Part shown: piece by piece, positions 59,249 through 64,000 of the stretch
Position numbering within the stretch: position 1 is the stretch's first letter
Layout: each line of letters starts with the position of its first letter
IMG/VR virus record: IMGVR_UViG_3300031521_000009
Strand: one strand, 5' to 3'
DNA from: a virus
Length of the DNA stretch: 64,000 nt
The notes under the pieces: model-generated
What the model saw: only the letters and a program-made list of their open reading frames with translations
What the model was told of the DNA's origin: nothing
Database searches by the model: none
Program-made: the position numbers and the translations under genes

Positions 59249-59461
59249 AAAATTACCTCTATTCTTTATCCTTTGTATTCCTATTCCGGTCCAGACAATG
59301 CATTCCTTTATACGGACTGGTTCACTCAATAATTTACGACGTATAGTATCATCACTACATCCAACGAACTTGGATAGCATGGTCTTACTTGTACATATAA
59401 TAATGTCGTGATTCAATAGATTGTGTGCTACATAGTACACTTTATCATTCAATTTACTCAT
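59246..59461 (-). CDS. small HTH (NUMOD1-like) DNA-binding protein, antisense to its neighbours
   Basis: 71 aa from MSKLNDK; TSKTMLSKFVGCSDDTIRRKL helix-turn-helix; own TATCTTTG element at 59492-59499. Confidence 0.6.
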   Translation of the reverse strand: MSKLNDKVYYVAHNLLNHDIIICTSKTMLSKFVGCSDDTIRRKLLSEPVRIKECIVWTGIGIQRIKNRGNF

Positions 59462-59528
59462 TTTGCTGGCACTACATGAGAGTAGATGCCGCAAAGATAA
59501 CACAATATTTACTCTAAATTCATATAAA

Positions 59529-59801
59529 ATGAACACAAAACATCTATTCTTATTGTTATTGACTATCGTTGTTATAGTCCTTTCTAGCTGCTCTGAAACA
59601 ACGCCAGTAAACAATACTGGACCTCTTATAATGTATCCTTATGCTATTCATAACTCTATTGTAATGAATAAGAAAAGCTCTGATAACAAGCCTTATACAT
59701 TCCTTATGACCGTGTATAACTACAAGGATTCAGCGTTCCATACATACAGCATTCCAGCTTGTTATTACAATGATTTTAAGGCTAAGGATAGTATAAAGTA
59801 A
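59529..59801 (+). CDS. lipoprotein (90 aa)
   Basis: MNTKHLFLLLLTIVVIVLSSC is a signal peptide II with an LSSC lipobox. Confidence 0.75.
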   Translation: MNTKHLFLLLLTIVVIVLSSCSETTPVNNTGPLIMYPYAIHNSIVMNKKSSDNKPYTFLMTVYNYKDSAFHTYSIPACYYNDFKAKDSIK

Positions 59802-60285
59802 ACGTTCAAACAGGCTCTGTACACTCCTACTCTCTATGCTTCTCTCTCTATCTATAAGAATAATATAATACCTATAATGCGTTGAATGCGCTGTTATATG
59901 TGGTTGTATGATATGTCTAGTTATGGTGGTGGTAATGGTGAGTTGGTTGTATTCCTTAAGTATTCATTTCTTGCAATAGAGTATAGTGTGTTGAATCTAT
60001 TGGTCTACATTATATTAGATTATTTGATAGTGGTTGTGATTGGTGTAATCCGGTGTATCAGATGCTATACAATATTGTAAGATTTGATTACTTTTGCGGG
60101 CTTGTTTAAGCTACTTTCTTTTATTGATATGATACATAGTGTCATTCTATTGCTATTCGTTCAACAGTAAGCTTTCTATGCGTTGAAATGACGTGTATGG
60201 TCAGTGTAAATGATAGCTCATTTCTATTATTGTCTATTTATTCTCGTATATAAACTATTTATTAATCAACAAAACATTTATTATT

Positions 60286-60552
60286 ATGCAAGTAGGTGAT
60301 TTAATTTATTTGAACAGGTGTCACAGTACAAATTGTGGAAAAGACTATCCTGTAAATTCCATTGGTATTTTAGTTGTAACTGCAGTCCCTGATCGTGATG
60401 ATGATTTGCGTGTCCGTTTCTCAAGACATTCTACTAATGATCGTTCTTATATTCCGGCTTCTAAAATTGTTTTAGTACCAACTGAACGACAAGAAGAAGC
60501 AAGAACTAAGTTTGACAAGGCTAAAGAAGAATACAAAAATGCTGTGCTCTAA
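60286..60552 (+). CDS. hypothetical protein (88 aa, SH3/KOW-like)
   Basis: MQVGDLIYL start and an A-rich initiation region. Confidence 0.7.
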   Translation: MQVGDLIYLNRCHSTNCGKDYPVNSIGILVVTAVPDRDDDLRVRFSRHSTNDRSYIPASKIVLVPTERQEEARTKFDKAKEEYKNAVL

Positions 60553-60901
60553 CGACCCTATCATAATGCTACTGTATCTTCTTATAGGATTTGCAGTAGC
60601 TGCTCTTGCTCTTTGCTTTCAGCATATACAAGAGTTTGGAATGATATTCGACTGGTATCATGACTGGTTATACAAATACGTTCGATATAAGAGACTTTTA
60701 TCGAAGTATGGTAAGAATATACGTTTAGTGTCCTTTATGGCTTATATTGCCAAACCATTGGGCTTGTGTCCCTATTGTAATGGTATATGGATAGCTATCA
60801 TTACTTACTTGATTGCTTTTGGATTTCATTGGGATATATTTCTATTCATTGGCATATCATGGTTCTTTATTCGATTTATTCAACAAAACAAAATATTGTA
60901 A
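60539..60901 (+). CDS. DUF1360-like membrane protein
   Basis: TM helices flank KPLGLCPYCNGIWI (CPxCxxxW motif). Confidence 0.6.
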   Translation: MLCSNDPIIMLLYLLIGFAVAALALCFQHIQEFGMIFDWYHDWLYKYVRYKRLLSKYGKNIRLVSFMAYIAKPLGLCPYCNGIWIAIITYLIAFGFHWDIFLFIGISWFFIRFIQQNKIL

Positions 60902-60902
60902 T

Positions 60903-61118
60903 ATGATTATTACTAGTGTAAATCAAGTTTATGATATTGTTGGAAATGAAATAATATTGTCCGGAATGAGTAATAAACAAATAGCTACTAAAGCTGGAGT
61001 AACTGAAAGTATGGTTAGTTCAGTAAGAGGTGGCAGATATATGCAAGTTAGTTTTGAAAAATTCATTACTATTTGTAAAGTTTTAAAAATTGAACTTCAA
61101 ATTAATATTAAACAATAA
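60903..61118 (+). CDS. XRE/Cro-family HTH protein
   Basis: MSNKQIATKAGVTESMVSSVRGG...VSFEKFITICKVL. Confidence 0.8.
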   Translation: MIITSVNQVYDIVGNEIILSGMSNKQIATKAGVTESMVSSVRGGRYMQVSFEKFITICKVLKIELQINIKQ

Positions 61119-61122
61119 CAGT

Positions 61123-61407
61123 ATGGGAACACAAAATTATAGAGCTAAAGGAGATATTATCTTCTTTATGAACAACAACAAGATTGAAAAGAAACCAATC
61201 TTAGGTATATCAACATACACTGGTGATTGCCAAGTATTAATGAGTAATAATAGAATTGTTCCGGATGGAGAAGTTCTTATGGTGTATCACACTGGTTCAT
61301 ATCATGAAGTAGAATCAAAAGATGCTTATGATACTCTTGAGGATTTAATGACAAGTCTAACAACACCATTAAACTTACCAGATGGCACACAGAGTAGAGA
61401 ATCCTAA
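61123..61407 (+). CDS. hypothetical protein (94 aa)
   Basis: MGTQNYRAKGDIIFFMNNNKI; operon packing. Confidence 0.7.
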   Translation: MGTQNYRAKGDIIFFMNNNKIEKKPILGISTYTGDCQVLMSNNRIVPDGEVLMVYHTGSYHEVESKDAYDTLEDLMTSLTTPLNLPDGTQSRES

Positions 61408-61648
61408 AGGGTTCAAAGTAATAAGCACTACAGCTACTGAATGCCTACAATGGGGTGGATTTGGCGTGTGTGATCATTGTAATCAATCTTCTGATGAAGG
61501 TCGATTTATTGCAGTTCTTAATCATTGGATATGTCCTGAATGCTTTGATAAATGGCTTAAACGTGCTGTTGTCTATGAAGAGGACAAACCTTATGAGACT
61601 AAAGTATTTAATCGCTATGCTAAATTGCTTGGCTTGCCGATTAAGTAG
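61382..61648 (+). CDS. Zn-finger protein (88 aa)
   Basis: CDHC...WICPEC. Confidence 0.75.
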   Translation: MAHRVENPKGFKVISTTATECLQWGGFGVCDHCNQSSDEGRFIAVLNHWICPECFDKWLKRAVVYEEDKPYETKVFNRYAKLLGLPIK

Positions 61649-61743
61649 TGATTGGAATAGCTTGGATAATTATCTCAATATACTAATGCTGATGTAGAAT
61701 AATGATAAATAATTATTAGGTAGCTAACAATTACAAATGGTTC

Positions 61744-61813
61744 GGGAGTGTAGCTCAAAGGTAGAGCACAACATTTTATGTTGAGGGTGATGGTTCGAGT
61801 CCATTTGGTCCCA
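61744..61813 (+). tRNA. atypical or pseudo tRNA, Lys(UUU)-like with a shortened anticodon arm
   Basis: D arm GCTC-AAAGGTA-GAGC; T arm GATGG-TTCGAGT-CCATT; anticodon arm CAAC-ATTTTAT-GTTG; weak acceptor stem GGGAGTG/TGGTCCC; no encoded CCA. Confidence 0.6.
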
Positions 61814-61838
61814 CTAATATCAATAAACAATTATTACA

Positions 61839-62132
61839 ATGAGAAATTTAAATAAGATCATTTCTATTGTTTTAAAAATGATAGAGAATAATGAATGCGA
61901 AGATTTGACTAATGAAGAATTAGAACAAATATCAATACTTATTCATAGACCTACTACAATGGGCCGAGAAGATGCTGCTAAGTTTATGGGAGTATCACTA
62001 AATAAGTTCCATGAACTAAAAGACATGGGTATAATATCAGAACCGCGCAAACGTAAAGGATTCAAAGAGAAAGAATATTATCTATCTGATTTGAAAAAAG
62101 CATTAGAATTAAAGAAAAAACTAGACCTATAA
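61839..62132 (+). CDS. excisionase/MerR-like HTH regulator with an N-terminal helical domain
   Basis: MGREDAAKFMGVSLNKFHELKDMGIISEPRK is an HTH_17-like winged helix. Confidence 0.75.
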   Translation: MRNLNKIISIVLKMIENNECEDLTNEELEQISILIHRPTTMGREDAAKFMGVSLNKFHELKDMGIISEPRKRKGFKEKEYYLSDLKKALELKKKLDL

Positions 62133-62138
62133 AATTCA

Positions 62139-62179
62139 TTAGTACTAAGTTAGAGTAGTATATAATTTTGACATGTCAA
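62139..62179 (+). promoter_or_regulatory. promoter (-7 TAATTTTG) with palindromic operator candidates
   Basis: TTAGTACTAA at 62139-62148, TAATTTTG at 62163-62170, and the perfect palindrome TTGACATGTCAA at 62168-62179. Confidence 0.55.
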
Positions 62180-62210
62180 CAATTCAGTTGGCAATTAAAA
62201 ACTATATATT

Positions 62211-62942
62211 ATGTTGACATTAGATGGTACACTACCAACTGGCTCATTAGGCGGTGGTAGTTCAATGGGTTCCGGAGTAGGTCTTGGAGCAGTCGGTGGT
62301 GGTGTTGCTGGGTTAGTTCTCGGTTCACTTCTTGCAAACAATGGTAATGGTTTGTTTGGTGGTGGTAACAATGGCAATGCAAATGTTGCTGAGTTTGGTG
62401 CTATCAATAACCAAATACAATCATTGGCCGGTCAAATCAGTAATACTGCATTGACTGGTCAAATTCGTGCTGATACTATTGACCTTTCTCAAAGTATTAG
62501 TAATGTAGGTACACAAATAGGACAATTGGCGACTGCTCAAGCTGCAGCTAATTTTACTACTTTGGATTCAATCAATGGATTGGGAAGAGATATTACCGCT
62601 TCTCAAAATCAGAATGCTCTTCAACAATTAAACAGTTTCAATAACCTTACTACAACTACATTGCAAGGCTTCAATAGCTCAGCAATGCAAGTACAAAATG
62701 CTACGAATCAAATCATAGCACAAGGTACGGCTAATGCAGCTGCTATGGCTCAATGCTGTTGTGAGATTAAGAGTACTATTCTTGCCGATGGTAATGCAAC
62801 ACGCGCACTTATCAATGACTTGAATGTTCAAAATTTACGGGATCAACTTTCTGCTGCTAACAACAAAATCAGTAACAATGAACAAAATCAGTATTTGTTG
62901 AATACTATTTTGACTCATATTACTCCTACAGCAGTAGTTTAA
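62211..62942 (+). CDS. glycine-zipper membrane protein with a long N/Q-rich coiled coil and a CCC motif
   Basis: GVGLGAVGGGVAGLVLGSLL TM segment, heptad repeats and AQCCCEIK. Confidence 0.85.
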   Translation: MLTLDGTLPTGSLGGGSSMGSGVGLGAVGGGVAGLVLGSLLANNGNGLFGGGNNGNANVAEFGAINNQIQSLAGQISNTALTGQIRADTIDLSQSISNVGTQIGQLATAQAAANFTTLDSINGLGRDITASQNQNALQQLNSFNNLTTTTLQGFNSSAMQVQNATNQIIAQGTANAAAMAQCCCEIKSTILADGNATRALINDLNVQNLRDQLSAANNKISNNEQNQYLLNTILTHITPTAVV

Positions 62943-62953
62943 TACTTGCAATT

Positions 62954-63262
62954 ATGGCCAGTCCAGTAATTGTAGGTACTTCGGCTATAGTAGTCGCTCC
63001 TATAAATAAGAAAAGAAGTAACATTCGATTTCAGAATACCAGTACTAATATAATCTATATAAAGAAAATTCCTTTGAGTGGTCCTTATTCGGTTGTATCT
63101 GCTACTGATTATGAAATTCAATTGTTCCCGGCATCATCTTCTCAGGAAGGTGGTGAAGCATTCGAAACTAACTCTATTGCATCTTTTATGGCTATTGCAG
63201 CCGGAGCAAGTAGTGCTTTAGCAGTTTATGAAACTAATAAGGTAACCTCTAAAACTCATTAA
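62954..63262 (+). CDS. small all-beta protein (102 aa)
   Basis: KRSNIRFQNTSTNIIYI pattern suggests a jelly-roll / spike-base-like fold; co-transcribed with the CCC gene. Confidence 0.65.
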   Translation: MASPVIVGTSAIVVAPINKKRSNIRFQNTSTNIIYIKKIPLSGPYSVVSATDYEIQLFPASSSQEGGEAFETNSIASFMAIAAGASSALAVYETNKVTSKTH

Positions 63263-63263
63263 G

Positions 63264-63449
63264 ATGGAAGAAATAACATTGCATTTACCTCTTAGTAAGG
63301 TAATAGAACTTGTTAGACAAGAGGAAAGAATGATGATTAAGAAATTTTTAGCTACAAATTTAAATCAACAAACTGCTGATTACATTGATCAGTATGTTCC
63401 TGTTGAATCAGAAGTATTGGCTATGTTTACATGTCCGGGCATCGGATGA
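63264..63449 (+). CDS. hypothetical protein (61 aa)
   Basis: Starts 1 nt after the upstream stop; followed by a terminator. Confidence 0.65.
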   Translation: MEEITLHLPLSKVIELVRQEERMMIKKFLATNLNQQTADYIDQYVPVESEVLAMFTCPGIG

Positions 63450-63465
63450 ATTTTGTAGTAGTATA

Positions 63466-63503
63466 TAAAAAGAGTTATGATTAATTTTGTAACTCTTTTT
63501 TTT
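63466..63503 (+). terminator. intrinsic terminator
   Basis: AAAAAGAGTTAT-loop-GTAACTCTTTTT followed by a T-run. Confidence 0.75.
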
Positions 63504-63526
63504 GTTTAATATTTAAATTAAATCAA

Positions 63527-63835
63527 ATGGAAAATGGTAAAGAACCTAGTGCAGATTTAGGTGTAAAAAAAGTACCTGCTAATGAAGCTATTGATGGTGG
63601 TGGACAACCTTTAGCAACTGCTAAATCAGTGTTGAATTATCCACGTAATGAAGAGCTTGTTATTCAATGTGTGATTAATAGTGAAGCCGAAGGATATGCT
63701 CTTTTAAGGGCATTACAAATCGTTGTGAATACCTTTGGTGCTACTACATGTACTCAGCTTGTTACTAAGCTTGAGAATAGTCCTAAGCTTGCTGATACTG
63801 TAAGAAAGTATATTCCTATTGTACTAGAAATGTAA
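63527..63835 (+). CDS. hypothetical protein (102 aa)
   Basis: A-rich start context; clean ORF. Confidence 0.7.
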   Translation: MENGKEPSADLGVKKVPANEAIDGGGQPLATAKSVLNYPRNEELVIQCVINSEAEGYALLRALQIVVNTFGATTCTQLVTKLENSPKLADTVRKYIPIVLEM

Positions 63836-63844
63836 TAATGGTAT

Positions 63845-63953
63845 GATCTAATGGCGGAATTGGTTATACGCATAGTAATTTAAAGAAAAGTCATACGAAC
63901 TACGGTGTCAGGCTTATACACTATAATTCTCTGTTCGAATCAGAGTTAGATCA
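63845..63953 (+). tRNA. atypical class II (Leu-like) tRNA with a ~20-nt anticodon loop
   Basis: Perfect acceptor stem GATCTAA/TTAGATC with A73; D arm TGGCGGAATTGGTTATACGC; stem TAGT/ACTA; variable arm GGTGT/ACACT; T arm CTCTG-TTCGAAT-CAGAG. Confidence 0.65.
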
Positions 63954-64000
63954 CAAATTAATAATCAAATAATAATCATGACTGAAACAACTTATGTACC

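Noticed and set aside
59886-60080. 64-aa hydrophobic ORF
   Set aside because: Likely a by-product of the G/T-rich tract with a poor initiation context; not fully excluded.
58066-62210. CRISPR or mini-array in intergenic regions
   Set aside because: No regularly spaced direct repeats were seen.
63845-63953. Functional ochre (UAA) suppressor tRNA
   Set aside because: TAA is the dominant stop codon in this genome and the loop is non-canonical; kept only as an atypical tRNA-like element.
1-64000. Stop-codon reassignment (TAG or TGA), as in some crAss-like phages
   Set aside because: Very long ORFs are intact in the standard code, and TAG ends genes at sensible positions (e.g. portal and 39580).

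Overview
This window is most of the genome of an AT-rich crAss-like (Crassvirales-type) podophage, almost certainly infecting a Bacteroidota host. Support comes from TAnnTTTG promoter elements, A-rich start contexts without Shine-Dalgarno sites, and the gene order. Bases 1-3614 (+) are the end of a DNA-metabolism block (RusA-like resolvase, MazG-like proteins), which converges at a bidirectional terminator on a ~54 kb minus-strand late/virion region. In transcription order that region encodes a Zn-finger protein, an SSB, a tail fibre with an S74 chaperone, a lysis cassette, large terminase, portal, a GroES-like protein, scaffold, major capsid protein, ring proteins, an IHF-like protein, muzzle, cargo proteins, a 5834-aa virion RNA polymerase polyprotein and a 1725-aa partner. 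From ~58.3 kb small early-type genes run on the + strand, including two aberrant tRNA-like elements. The standard genetic code is used. Highlights: (1) a hidden peptide / membrane protein / HTH-less regulator module directly upstream of the lysis genes, whose 59-aa member is a paralogue of the N-terminus of an HTH regulator 12 kb away that precedes a glycine-zipper CCC coiled-coil gene; (2) SF1 helicase, zincin and RNAP domains in one polypeptide; (3) an ART-like insert in the 1725-aa protein; (4) a circularly permuted Fib_succ_major domain; (5) two tRNA-like RNAs with distorted anticodon arms; (6) CCGG over-representation. All calls were made by eye from motifs and synteny; no searches were run.
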